Shown here piece by piece: positions 45,160 to 58,073 of a stretch of 64,000 nt of DNA. This stretch comes from Vitrella brassicaformis CCMP3155. Lineage: Eukaryota > Protista > Chromerida. The position numbers and the translations under genes were made by a program. The stretch covers positions 1 through 64,000 of the forward strand of contig CDMY01000446.1 of assembly GCA_001179505.1 (NCBI GenBank), read 5' to 3'. Position 1 is the first letter of the stretch. The number at the start of each line of letters is the position of its first letter. The notes under the pieces were generated by a model, which made no database searches, had not been told where the DNA came from, and was given only the letters and a program-made list of their open reading frames with translations.

Positions 45160-48100
45160 ATGGAAACGGAACTTGGTGAGCAGAGTGTTCAGAGGCAAAT
45201 GGCTGTGCCAGGAGGACCATGGCTGTGTGTGTGTGTGTGTTGCGGTTGGTGTGTTTATTCAGACACTGCTGATGAGCCGGGATGCTTCCAGTGGGCACCA
45301 GTCAAGGCCATTGGCAATCCGCCTCGACAGGTAGGGAACAAAAGCAAAGACAGACGAGAAGAGCACGGTTGTTCAGCCGTGTTGACGCTCACGCTGACTG
45401 CTTCCTTGTTCCTCGCGCCCACTGTCTGTCTGTCTGTGCCGTCTGATCGGTTAGCGCTCGCTGCACGTGGCGGTGGTGGTTGACAAGTGCATGTACGTGT
45501 TCGGCGGCTATGACGGCAGCAACCGCGTCAACGACTTCCTTAAATACAACTTCAGTACGGACGGCCAGACGACACTACATTCACTCATGAGCCCGACCCA
45601 TCATGGTAACTGATTGGTTCGGCGATTGCTTCAGAAACGACCAAGTGGAGTCAGATTCAGTCGGGCGCCGAGCGAGGTCCGTCTGCGCGCGACCGGCACG
45701 TGGCTGTCGCACACGACAAGTGCATATACATCTTTGGGGGCTATGACGGCAGCAACCGGATCAACGACTTCTGGTGCTTCGACACCGGTAGGTATGCCTT
45801 AGTGCTCGTGGCCCATCTACTGTGTGTGTGTGTCTGTGTGGCTGTAATGTGTGCAGAGAACGAGACGTGGACGCCGATAGAGAGTCAGGGCACCACTCCG
45901 TCGCCGCGCCACTCGCACAGCGCTGTGGAGTACAACCACAGCATGTACGTGTTCGCGGGATACGACGGCAACTACAGGAGCGACTTCCACGAATTCAACT
46001 TTGGTAACCAAACAAACACAAGCAACTCACACCAACCGACGGAAGGAAGGGCCTTCTGCGTCATGTTTTTCTTCTTCCTTTCGGTGCACTCACTGCAGCC
46101 CAGAGGAAGTGGGCGCCGGTGCAGGTCAAGAACCAAAACCAGGCGCCCAAGGTGCGGTGCGCATTGACAGTGCAAACGTCACATCATTGTTGAGGGAGCG
46201 AACGAATGGCGTACGGATGTTGACTTGGTGTGGTGTGCTTCTTTCTTGTGTCCACCAGGCGCGATACCGGACGTCTGCTGTAGTGTGGAAGGACACGATG
46301 CTGGTGTTCGGGGGGCACGACGGGGCCAAACACCTTAATGACTTCTACGAGTACAACTTCGGTAGGCATCGCATTATATGCACACAGGCGAAGACAAACG
46401 TCCAGAGGCCATCCATCCAGCGGTCGCTGTCTGTGTCCCATCCTCTCAGAGGAGCGCATTTGGACTCAGATTGAGCAAGGAGGTAACAAAGACACACACA
46501 CACACACGACGTCTGCGGGTTTGGATGGATGTAACGGCTGTGTGTGACTCTCTGTGTGTACGTCTTGTCTTGTATGTGCAGGCAAGATGGGTCCCCCGTC
46601 CCCCCGCGACTCGCACATCGCAGTCATCCACGGCGACTCGATGCACCTCTTCGGCGGCTCCACCGGACAGGCCAGAAACGACCTTTTCGAGTTCAGACTA
46701 GGTACCCACCGACGGACGGACAGCTGGGGGCATCTTATGTGTGTGACGAGGAGGGGGAGGTACGTGTGTGTGTGTGTGTGTGTGTGTTGTGCAGACACTC
46801 GTGAGTGGCACGAGGTGAAGCCCGCCCTGCCCAACACGTCGCTGTCGCCTGTCCAGGGCCGCACCGCCGCGTCCACACAGGAGGCCATCCAGAAGGCCAC
46901 ACCATGCCCCAGGTGAGTAGCGAGGCAGGCAGGCCATTCTCACAGGGACGGCTGGATGTTCAGCCTCTGTGTGTGTGTGTGTGTTGTGTGTTGACAGGTT
47001 TTGCCACACGGGTGTGGTTTACAACAACAGTCTGTACATATTTGGGGGCTACGACGGGCAAAACAGACTCAACGACTTCAGACAATTCAAACTCGTCGAC
47101 GGTATGCGATGCGCGCAGCGCATGGCAGCAAAGGAAGGCACATCCTGGACTGGACGGATGGATGGATTGGTGGATGTGGGTGCCTGCAGAGGTGAATGTT
47201 GAGATTCCGAGCAGTTCTCTGATCCAGGATCTGAAGAACTACATCAACTCGCCCCTCTTCAGCGACGTCACATTCATCGTCGAGGGAGACAAGAGGGTCT
47301 ACGCCCACAAGCTCATGTGTGTCAGGTACACAACCACACACACACACGCGCGCGCGCACAGATGCATCCATGAATCGTGGCGCCTACTCTGTGTGTGTGT
47401 GACTGCAGGTGTAGCTACTTCCGCGCCATGTTCCAGGGGGAGATGAGGGAGGCCAGGCAAAGCGAACCGGTCGGTCGGCCTGCCTGTCAGACACACACAC
47501 ACACACACACACATTCACAGCGCTCAATATCTGCCCTTATGTGCGTGTAGGTCGAGATCAAGAATGTGTCCCACCGTGTGTTTCTGGGCCTGCTCGAGTA
47601 CCTCTACACCGACGAACTCGACATATCCCTCGACGTAACGGCTGCACGCCACAAACAAACCGACAACGAGGAAGCCACCTGCATGGATCTGTGTGTGGGT
47701 GGTGTCTCATCTATCCAGATGGCCATGGATCTCTTCGTTGCGGCGGATCAGTTTGGGGTGGAGAGGTCGGCAAAGTAGCGAGCGACCGAGCGACACAATT
47801 TACTTTTGTGTGTGTGTATATGTGTGTGTACTATGTCAGGTTGAAGAAGCTGTGTGAGCGCAAGATCCTCACGTCCATCGACATCGACAACGCAGCCACC
47901 ATACTGCAGGTAAGGATGCGATCTCCGCCCCCACATTCATACCATCCACGCCACTGCTCCATCGCTCACTCTGTGCGTGTGTGTGTGTGTGTGTGCCAAT
48001 ACTCAGGCTGCGGATCTGCACACGGCCGTGAGTTTGCGCCAGAGCTGCTTCGACTTCATACTCAGAAACTTCGACGCCGTATCAAAGGTGACCGACATGC

Positions 48101-48261
48101 ACGACACAACTAACATGACACATTGCGCCACACATCATTGCATTGTATGCGCCTCGCCTGCGTGTGCTGTGTTCACTGTGTTCACTGTGCAGACTCAGAG
48201 TTTCGAGGAGATGGGTCGCGCCAACGTGGAGCTCGTGTTCGAGATACTCAAGAGGAGATGA
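45160..48261 (+). CDS. LZTR1-like Kelch-repeat + BTB/POZ protein
   Basis: Repeated MYVFGGYDGSNRxNDF Kelch blades (PSPRHSHSAV, PSPRDSHIAV); then FSDVTFIVEG..VYAHK, VFLGLLEYLYTD, IDIDNAATIL, CFDFILRNF. Confidence 0.92.
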
Positions 48262-49767
48262 TCATCTCCTACACATACATACATAACTGACATGCGCGAC
48301 GCACACAACACGGACATCGTACCAGATCCACACATACATACGGTCGTTTTGATCGATCCATCTGCTTTCCCCCTGTGTGTGGATGGGACGAGGCGAGTTT
48401 GTGGGTGGGGTGCCTGCCTTGGTGGGCTGGGCGGCTCGGGGGGTGGGGGTGTATTTTGGTGTGGCTCCGCCTGTCTGTCGTGTCGGTCGGTCGGTCGGTC
48501 GGTCGGTCGGTTTTGTACGGTTGGTGTGTTGATTTGACACATGGTGGCCACATGCGCCTGGCCCATGCCTCCCCCCTTCCCTCTCTGCTTCGGTGCCTGC
48601 CTGCCTGCCTGCCTGGAATGATGCATACGTGCTTGGCTGCCGTAGGTCGATAGCGAGAGAGCAGCACCTGCACCCCTCCCCCCCAACCCCCCCTCTGTCA
48701 GTCTCTCTGTCTCTCTGCGTAATTGTTTACATGATGGCTGGCTTGGCACAGCTGACGGACACAGGCAGGCAGGCAGGCAGGCAGGGGTGTGTGTATGCAG
48801 GCAGGCACAGGCAGGCACAGGCAGGCAGCCATGTGGGTGGGTCGGGGGATGGGATGCTCATAGGTCCTGGTGGCTGGGTGGGTGCCAGTGGGTGGTTTGT
48901 GGGTTGGTTGGGGGGTTTTTGCAATGAATGGACGGCCGAAGGTAGCTAGCGTAATTGATTGATTGATTGCTTGATCGATTGATCGTACTGACGTGGATGG
49001 CATGGCTCGATGTGATTGATGGGTGGTACACACGTACACGTACTCGTGCATGGTATGGTGTGATTTGGTGCGGTGTATACCTGCATGAATCCAGTATGCC
49101 CCGCACACACACACACACAGAAAGACAGACAGACAGACCCTCTCTGATGGCGATATGATGATATTTGTTTGTACGTGTGCGTCTATGTCTGTGTGCGTGG
49201 CGTGTTGCCCACACTTCCTGTCTGCCTGCATGCGCACACAAGACACCGGCTGAGCGCCGCGTCATGTCTGGATAACAACTTGTTCTTGTCTTGAATGAAT
49301 GGTGTCTCTCCCGTCCATCCGCCCGTTGATGGTTCCTCCCATCATATCATATGAATGCATGTGTGGTGTCATATCGGCTGCCCACCTCACTTTCTCCCCA
49401 CCCACCCACCCACCCACACACGAAGATCTGCCGGCGTCCTCTCGACGCATGGATGGAGCCACAAAGGGTGAAAGAAAAAAGAGAAGTGTGGTGTTGACCC
49501 ACACCAGCACAGACACACAAATAGAAAACGACAGCAGTTGTCAGTCAGTCAGTGTCGGTCGCTTGAACAAAGAAATGTCGCCGATGTAGTATCTATCTAT
49601 CAAATCAAGGCTGCGCTGCGCTGCACATGGCTGTATGCTATGCACATTATAGACAGACACTGGGGGGCCTGTGTGGACACTAGACTAACAATAACAGAAA
49701 AAAGACCCAACCATCCATCCACAATTACACGAGAATCTCCTCATTCTCCTGCAGCATCCGCCCGCCC

Positions 49768-52700
49768 TCATTTTCCTGAAGCATCCTCAGGAGCATCAGC
49801 AGGAGGGGCCCCTGTCTCCGTCTCGGCGTCGTCAGCCAGCCATCGTGGCGTGGGATAGTGTCTGGTGACGAAGGCGATGGGCGCCGCGTCGGGGAAGACC
49901 TCCACAATGGTGCACTGGTCGCATATGTGTGGGTGGAGCTTGTTGACAAACGCCATCACATCGTACGAGTAGAGGATGGCGTGGGTGCGGCCGGTGGAGA
50001 GGGCGTCGAGCATGGCCTCCAGAGAGAACAGGTCGACAATCGTGGCCTGGAAAAGACAGAGAGGGACGACAATGCATGTCTATGTCTCTGTCTCTGTCTC
50101 TCTGTATCTCTGTGTGTGTGCGTCTTGTTGTGAGTGTGGTCGGCAATCCTTACGTTGGGTAGGTGCTCTTCGATGATTTCGTCTCTGCTGGTGCCAGGTG
50201 TGTGGCCGATCTTCATCTTGGCCGTATTCAAGGCCTCCAACTCCAAAGACGACGAATTCAGCACTGATCGAATACCAGACATCACATCACATTGGTCGCG
50301 TCTCTCTCTGTGTGCCTTTCAAGACAAGACAAGGTACCTTTGGTTGCGTTTGGTCCTGCGATGAGTGCACTCCTGTCGCCGGCCATGTATGGGCACGGGA
50401 ACGATACCATCTCAGCGCGCACAGGGGTGGGGAATACTGTGGCAGACACGACGTCATAGTGGTCGTCGTACCTGCCACCAATACAACCAACACACCACAT
50501 GGAGACATCAACCGTGAGGTGTGTCCATGTCTCTCTGTGTGCGTGTGTGAGCGTACAGGGGTGCAATGAGGTCCACAAAGAAGTCTCTGTGAACAGGTCG
50601 GTAGACGAAGATCGGCCGCACTGAGATGTCGTAGAAGTCGCTCAGGTAGTCCGCCAAAGCGTTGATCACGTCCACCTCGAAACCCCACACAGACCTTCAC
50701 CCACCCGGACACGCACAGAGCACAGAAGAGCAGCACTCACAACGAGACACATTCGGTACGGACCATTCCATCGATCCACTCACCCGTTTGCAGATCTCCA
50801 TGCGAATGGGGGGTACCCGAAGTCGCTCCCCACCCACAGCTCGCCGCTTGACAAGACGCGCTTGAGGGTCCCGTGTGCATCCTCCATTGGGGGCAGCGAT
50901 GTCTCGCGGCACACCTCATCGGACCCTTCTTGCAGCATCCTGCCGTCACCGACCGCCCCACCATGCCGCCAGTAGATGGCCGCGTCAAGGGGCATTGGAA
51001 TCTGCGGATCGCCGTCGAAGTATTTCGACCTGTCAAGGAGACACAAGGACAGGTGAAGATCCGTGTTTTATCTTTGCTTTGTGCATTGCCCACCATATGT
51101 CGAACCACTCGCCGCTGTCCAGTAGTTTCAGCAGGGTGGCGCTGAGAGCAGAAGTCAGCTGGTCGTCTCCTCCGTTGGGCAGCTCACCCATGGCTTCGTA
51201 GGGCGCGAGTGAAGATGAAGCAGCCACCACCTCGCCCCCCAACACCGAGCCCGTTCCATGGATATACGGTTGACTCGCATTGCGGCCGTATGAGAGAGAG
51301 GATGGCCCAGTGCGGTTGAGTAGGAGCTCTCGAAGTTTGCCGCCTGAAGACTCCGGCACTTGAGGTATTTTGACGTCTTCGCGTCCCTCTTTGACCCAGT
51401 AGCCGTCGTCCCACTCCTCGCTGACGCCCTCTTCCGGATCAGGCACCCAGTAATACGTGACGTTCGCCACCTCGTAATAATACGTGCCTGCACACAGGCA
51501 CCGGAATGAAGACATGACCCATGGCGTTCAATGGAAATACAGCCCTCTCACCGTTGGCAAAGTAGACCTCTCCCTCCGGATCCTCATCGACCTCTATCAG
51601 CTCGCTCTCATCAGGATCGATGGCCTGCCCGGCCGGGGGTAGCTCAGTTCGGTTGCTCTTAGCGTCGTAGTAGTATGATGGGTCGAAGGGGGTCTCTTCG
51701 GGCGGGACGTACGACACATCCACGTCGACATTGGTGACCGTGCCGGTGCTGGAGCTTGGGGGCTCGGCGGGGTCTTCTTGGTAGTTGTCGCGGTAGAATG
51801 GCTCGCAGTAGCCTTGCAGGCAGTAGCCCGAGCAGCAGTGGATGTCATCGGTGCATGCGTAGGCGTCGGGCTGGCACTGGCTGCCGTAGTAGTCGGCCGT
51901 GTCGTACCGGTCGTAGTACCGGTCATACCACCAGTAGTATGGAATGTAGGGGTACCTGAGAGAGACAAAAAAGGACGGTCAGATGTGGTCTCCACACGTC
52001 TGCATGCTCACGTACCACCAGCCAAATCCGAAGTAGAAGCCGACACCCAGGCCTAGACCCCGGCCACGCACTCGTAGGGGGATGGGAAGAGCCCGACGGA
52101 AGCGCCTCCCCAGGAGAAACCTCGGACGGATCGCCTCGAGGCAGGCAGACACTCACATTCAAGAATGACCACACATGAAAACCCGTCCACGTCTCTCTCT
52201 CCTCTCACCTGTCCACGAGGCACCCTCCGGATCAGTCTCCTGATCTTCCTCGTTGCTCTCCGGGGGGCGCGGCGCGGGACATGCGGGCGCCTGAATGGCC
52301 TGTTGTACTGCACATAGCGTGGGATGCCGCTGCGGGCGCGGACTCGGCGTGATACAGACCGGAAACCAGGCCGTGCGACATTGGCTAGCGATGGACGAGC
52401 GCCGCTACGGCGTCTGGGGCGACGACCGGCTGTGCCCTTGCCGCTGCCTCTCTCCCCGGGTCGTCGTCCCTCACCGACAGATGGGCGAGCTCCCTTGCCG
52501 CTGCCTTTTCCGGCCGCAGGTCGTCGGCCCTTGCCGGACCCCTTGCCTCGAGCGCCCTTGCCTTTCCCTCCACGCGCCCCTTCGCCGCGAGACCCTTTGC
52601 CGCGAGACCCTTTGCCTCGCAAACCCTTGCCGCCGCGAGATCCCTTGCCGCGAGAAGCTGTGCCTTTGCCGCGGCCGCGACTGCCCCCGCCTCGGTTGGC

Positions 52701-53947
52701 GACGTTGGGTGGCCTTGGGCGTGCTCCCTTGCCTTTGCCGCGCTGAACGCTGGGAGAGGCTGGGTTGCGGCCAGTGGTACGAGGAGGGCGCGGCTGAGCC
52801 CGGTTCCAGTTGCTGAAAGAATGGAAAGCAGAGGTGAGACATGTAGATTTGTGTGACCCTCGGCCACTACGCGTCTTCGTATTATGGTTACTTGGCAGCC
52901 TGTCGGGCTCTGCTGCCCGTGTTGGGGGAGAGCTGTCCTGTCGGCCTGCGAACCGTCACCGAGCCGGAAGCGCGCTGGCGCGAAGTACTGGCCGGGCGGT
53001 TGGCAGGACGATTGGCGGGCCGACCGGCAGGGCGAGAACGGGACGCTGACCAAAGGAGACACGTGTTGACGTGTTAAGAAACAGAGAAATGTGTCCGTCA
53101 TTGCTTGTGTCACCTGTGGGGCTGCGTCTCGAGGTGGTTGTACGGCTGGGTCGCCGTCCCGTGCTCGACGGGCGTCGGCGGACTGTGGACGACGAGCGGG
53201 AGCGGGAACGCGAAGGGGACGACCTGCCACCTGCACGCACATAGAACACATCAGAAAATTGTGAACGTGTTGTTTTCTCGAACGAACATGCACGTGGGTC
53301 AACATTCGACAACGATGAGAACAGAACTCTCAAGAATCAAATACAACTTAATATAATATGATCTACAGCACAGCGCACCATAGCTGAAACTGGACCTCCT
53401 TCCTGCTCCAGAGGAGCGTCGGCCGCTGCGCGACACAGATGACCGGCCCCTAGAGCCGAACGAGCCGCCCCTTCTCCCCCCGAACGAGCCGCCCCGCCTG
53501 CCTCCACCCCGAGACCCCCCACGTGATCGGCTCCCGCCTCCCCTGCCCCTACCTCGCCCACCGCCTCCTCGACCACGACCACCTCCACCTCTGTCACTCG
53601 ACGATAGATAGAAGCACAAGACGATATGGATGCATGCAGTGTCGGTATATAGTGCATGTGAGGGTGAGTGTACCTTCCTCTGCCTCCTCCCCCTCTGCCC
53701 CGGCCACCGCCTCCACGGCCGCGGCCGCCACCACCCCTTCCGCCGCCACGGCCTCGCTGCAACTCTCGGCTGCCTTGCTCAGCGCCAACCTCCTCTGACC
53801 AGGAAAGCCGCACACAACACATACGTCGTCGGTGAGGGATGTGCGGTTTCTGGTGGGTGGAAGAAGTGGTTTGTGGATGGGGATTTGCTCACCGAATAAA
53901 CACACCACAAAGAAGAGGAGGACGGCGACAAAGTGCCACACACGCAT
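49768..53947 (-). CDS. Secreted chimeric protein: signal peptide, long Arg/Gly-rich region, Tyr/Trp-rich segment, 6-Cys knottin-like motif, acidic linker, bacterial family-3 solute-binding (PBP2) domain
   Basis: In-phase splicing from MRVWHFVAVLLFFVVCLF through RGGGGRGR and RGKGS repeats, WWYPYIPYYWWYDRYY and C-x6-C-x5-CC-x3-C-x4-C, to TLKRVLSSGELWVGSDFGYPPF, GFEVDVINALA and VFPTPVRAEMVSFPCPY. Confidence 0.75.
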
Positions 53948-54919
53948 CGCGGCTGATCCGGTGGGGCCTCACGAGATCACGGAAAATGGAACGATGGAAG
54001 GAAAACCGCTCGGGCTGGATGCAGCTGATGGACGTTCTACGACCACCTGACGGACGTGCAGGCCTTCTAGAACACCCAGAGAGCGGGGAAAGTCCCTGCC
54101 AACGGCGGCTCTTGGGGGTGTTGTGTTCACAAGATGAGACTGGTGGTGGAATCGCTGGAAGGGAGGGGTGCGTGGGTGGTCCCGCCTGAGGCGGGACACG
54201 TGCTGTTATCCATGCTGACGTTCTATCTTCTCTACATATATAACATCATCCGATCGTGCGCTTTCGGTCTTGGGTGGCTCCCGATTGACTTCATTTCCTC
54301 AAACACACACGTACAGCGGAGATCTGTCCCCAAGAGCTGACTGTCTGCCTCATGGGAAAATCGCTGACAGGGCATGACATCGACAAGTCACTGTACTGAT
54401 GGCCTCACGTTTTGTGTGCCATGCTGCCCTTGCTGGCTTATCTTGCCCGCCGTCACCTTACTAACCTGGCGCAGACAGCAGGCCAGGATAATATGGTCAC
54501 GCCTGGCGGTGGCAGCCATGCAATGGGCCGCATAGCATTGAAGCATCATCGAAAGCAGGCGAGACAGAAAGATAGACGCACACCACTGGGAGTCAAAAAC
54601 GAAACGCATCCGCCGTATCGCACCCACCATCCGTTGGTCAAAACACTACACCTGCCTCCCTCCCTGTCTGCCTGACAGACCACATCGACTGACTGATCCA
54701 TGCACGCTTAGCATGCACCACCCGGACGCAATAGATACCCTGACCACACCAGCTGTCCTCCCACCCACTCACTGCCGCATTCGTAATGCACCGCACCAGT
54801 TAGTTACTCTACACACACGAATCGGCGAAGATGATGATGGCAGGCACACCGACGTGGCGCAGCACAAGGTTGGTGATGGAAAAATAGATGATGCGTTCGT
54901 TGCTCCGTATGGCGCCCCA

Positions 54920-54989
54920 GGGGAGGGGGAGGGGGAGGGGAGGGGAGGAGGGAGGGAGGGGGAGGGAGGGCCATGGGATGGGTGGAGGG
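54920..54989 (+). repeat. G-rich polypurine tract (potential G-quadruplex) just 3' of the HslU stop
   Basis: (GGGGA)n/(GGGA)n run read directly. Confidence 0.7.
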
Positions 54990-54996
54990 AGGCTCA

Positions 54997-57906
54997 TCAG
55001 AGGATGAATTTGTGGAGGTCGGTCTTCTTGAGCAGCTCACCAACAGCAGTGCGGACCACATCAGCCGTGATGCTCACCCTGCCGAGGTCCAGGTGCCATG
55101 GGATCAATGATGTCTTTGCGTGTGCATGTGTGTGTCGGGGTAAGCTTACTTTTTGCCCGACTCCATCTCTGGTGCATTGTAGCTGAACTCCTCCATTATC
55201 CTGACAGGCAAAGACAGCGACAGAGAGACATGTCGGCGTGTCGTTTGTCTGTTCGTCTCTCTGGCAGTGTCTCACTTCTCGATGATGGTGTGCAGCCTCC
55301 TGGCTCCGATGTTCTCGACCGACGTGTTGACCTCAGCGGCAACTGCTCCCACCAATGAGAGACACAACTTTCACTCCACCCACGAGCACTCATTTCCCTC
55401 GTCTGTGTACCTTTGGCGATTTCCTGCACCGCTGTCTCGTCGAAGACGACCTCCACACCCTCTGTCTCAAGCAACGCTGCATAATGATGGCACACACAGG
55501 GAGAGAGACAAGATATCCGCACACACATCTGCGCATCTGTGTGTTGCTTTACCTTTGTTCTGGTCAATGAGGTTGTTCCGTGACTCCTTGAGAATCTTGA
55601 CAAAGTCCTCCTCTGTGAGCGGCTTGAGCTCCACTCTCACGGGCAGCCGCCCCTGCAGCTCGGCCAGCATATCGCTCGGCTTCACCGAGTGGAAGGCACC
55701 GCTCGCTATGAACAGAATGTAGTCCGTCTTGACGCTGCCTGCACACGCACATGAGAATCCACACATACGTCGTTTGCGGGATGTCTCCACTTCTGTCTTG
55801 GTGTGCATGTGTCGGCTGACTGACCATATCGAGTCGGTATTGATGATCCCTCAATGAGTGGCAGGAGGTCTCGCTGCACGCCCTCTGAGGATGCATCGGG
55901 GCCACGATACCCACCCTGCAAACGGGGGAGAGAGAGGTGGATGGAAGAACGGATGGAGTTGATCGATCACATGCAGGTGGCTGACCGATTTGGTGCAGAT
56001 CTTGTCGATCTCGTCTATGAACACAATGCCCTCCTGCTCGACGGCCTCTATCGCCTTCTGCAAAACCATGTCCTGTTGGTGAATGGTCAACGCACACCAA
56101 GACAGGTCGCACCATACCATGCTGGGGAGTTAGTTACTGATGCGCACCGCACCTGGTTGATCATTTTGTCGAGTTCGATTTGGACGAGTTTGGTCTTGGC
56201 CTCCTTGATGGCCATCTGCTTCTTCTCGGTGGGCTTCTTGCTGCTCCCACCACCTGCACACACACACACATACATCCACGTAGAACATGGGAGTATCTGT
56301 GGGTGTCTGTCGTACTCCTGCTACCCACCGGTGGGTGTGACGACCTTGATGGCCTTGATGTTGCCCTGCCTTTGTGTGATGTAGTCCTGGATGATGTCGG
56401 ACACGTCAACACCGAAGCCAACGGCCTGCGGCATGCCGCTGCCCGAACCACCCACTGCACGAGTCACACACCACCCACAGATGCACACACATCAGCGGGA
56501 GCTCATTGGGCGGCAGGTATACGTGTGTCCTCATGCATACTCGGGAATGAGTTTGGTGGCGATATTGGCACCTCAACTTGGATCATCTGGTCGTCCAGGT
56601 GACCCTGAACACACATTGTCAACCACCACCACCGCCATGAGTACCTCCCATCTCCCTCCCCTGCCGCTTCTTTGCTCACATTCCTCAGGTGGTCAAGCCA
56701 ACTCTGACGGTCAGAATTCTGAACGCACCCAGCACAACATGTGACCCCAAATGACCCTCCTCCCCATGTCGTCGCGCACACCCTCCCACGTACGTACCCC
56801 GATCTTTCCGAGCAGCGCCTCGAGTATCTTCTTCTCGGCGGCCTCTTCTGCCTGTGGCTTGAGCTCCTCCTCGAGCCGCTGCCTTTGCCTCTTGATGGCC
56901 AGCTCCACCAGGTCCCTCAGGATCTGGTCCACGTCGCGGCCGTGGAAGCCCACCTCGGTGAACTTGGTCGCCTCCACCTTGATGAACGGCGCATCCACCA
57001 ACTTGGACAGACGACGCGCAATCTGACGACACGAATGGGCCAAGGAGTAATCTGGTGCCTGTGGGGTGTGTTGTGTGGCTGTGTGCGTACCTCTGTCTTG
57101 CCGCAGCCGGTGGGTCCGATCATGAGGATGTTCTTGGGCATGATGTCTGATCGAGCAGCGCACGCGCACACGTCCACAACATGGAATCCTTCTTTCTGTG
57201 TGGTTATGGCTTACCGTCCTTCATTTCTGAATCCTTCAGCTGCTGACGCCGCCAACGATTCCCTACACAGATAATGACAGACACAACAAATTGATACGCA
57301 TGTGCCTACATGCGTTCTCCCCCCTCCCCCCCTCCCTCCCTTACGCAGTGCGTTAGCCACTGCCCTCTTGGCGTCTTTCTGCCCGATGATGTACTGGTCC
57401 AGGTACTGCACCATCTCTGAGGGCTTCATGCCCTTCCGCTCACTCACACGCCCCCTGGCCTTCTCCACCACATCCTTGTCGCCATCGGCGGCAGCCGTGG
57501 CAGCCTCCTTCGCAGGCTCCACACCATTCTCGCCGCTCACCGCATTCAGAGGCGTGATCGGGGGCTCGGACGAAGCCGACTGCGTGTCGGATGCAGCCGC
57601 AGCATCGCCACCAGACTCCTTCCCCGGTGTCGTGTCGGGCTGTTCTGTCGCCTTGTCGGCATCGGCCTTGGCTTCATCCTTCGACTCGCTCGAGAAGTGC
57701 CGCACAGCACTCCTGTAGGCGTCCCGGTCGATGACGAACAGGGTTGCTGGCTGCAGAGAGGCCGGATGTCTCTGTCTGGAGCAGTGCGATAGGTGCCGGA
57801 TGTGTGTGGTGAAGGGGAGTCTGTCGCTGAGCAGGGAGGGGGGGGGCGGGGCGGCAAATCGACGGCGGCCAGCCGACGCTGTTCGCAGGATGCTCTGGTG
57901 ACGCAT
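54997..57906 (-). CDS. hslU: Mitochondrial HslU (ClpY) AAA+ ATPase subunit of the HslUV protease
   Basis: Arg-rich presequence; [16 protein letters not shown]; [20 protein letters not shown]; [20 protein letters not shown]; IVFIDEIDK; [12 protein letters not shown]; [10 protein letters not shown]; [10 protein letters not shown]. Confidence 0.97.
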
Positions 57907-58014
57907 GACCACAGCAAAAGATGATGTACAAGAGACTCTCGCAGATCAGCAGCACCTTTCACAAAGGCCTAGCAACGCCTCTGCATTTCCTCCTTTTCCG
58001 GCATCTTCTTTCTT

Positions 58015-58035
58015 AGCTCGCAATGTTTGCGAGCT
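58015..58035. promoter_or_regulatory. Inverted pair of TGCGAGCT motifs forming AGCTCGCAA-TGT-TTGCGAGCT in the HslU/calcium-sensor gap
   Basis: Perfect 9-bp arms with a 3-nt spacer in a 168-bp divergent interval. Confidence 0.6.
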
Positions 58036-58073
58036 TTTCCTGAATTCTTCGAAACGCTCGCCGAGTGTCCACC

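Noticed and set aside
54050-54900. Possible small gene between the SBP chimera and HslU
   Set aside because: Only short ORFs with no recognisable motif or exon chain.
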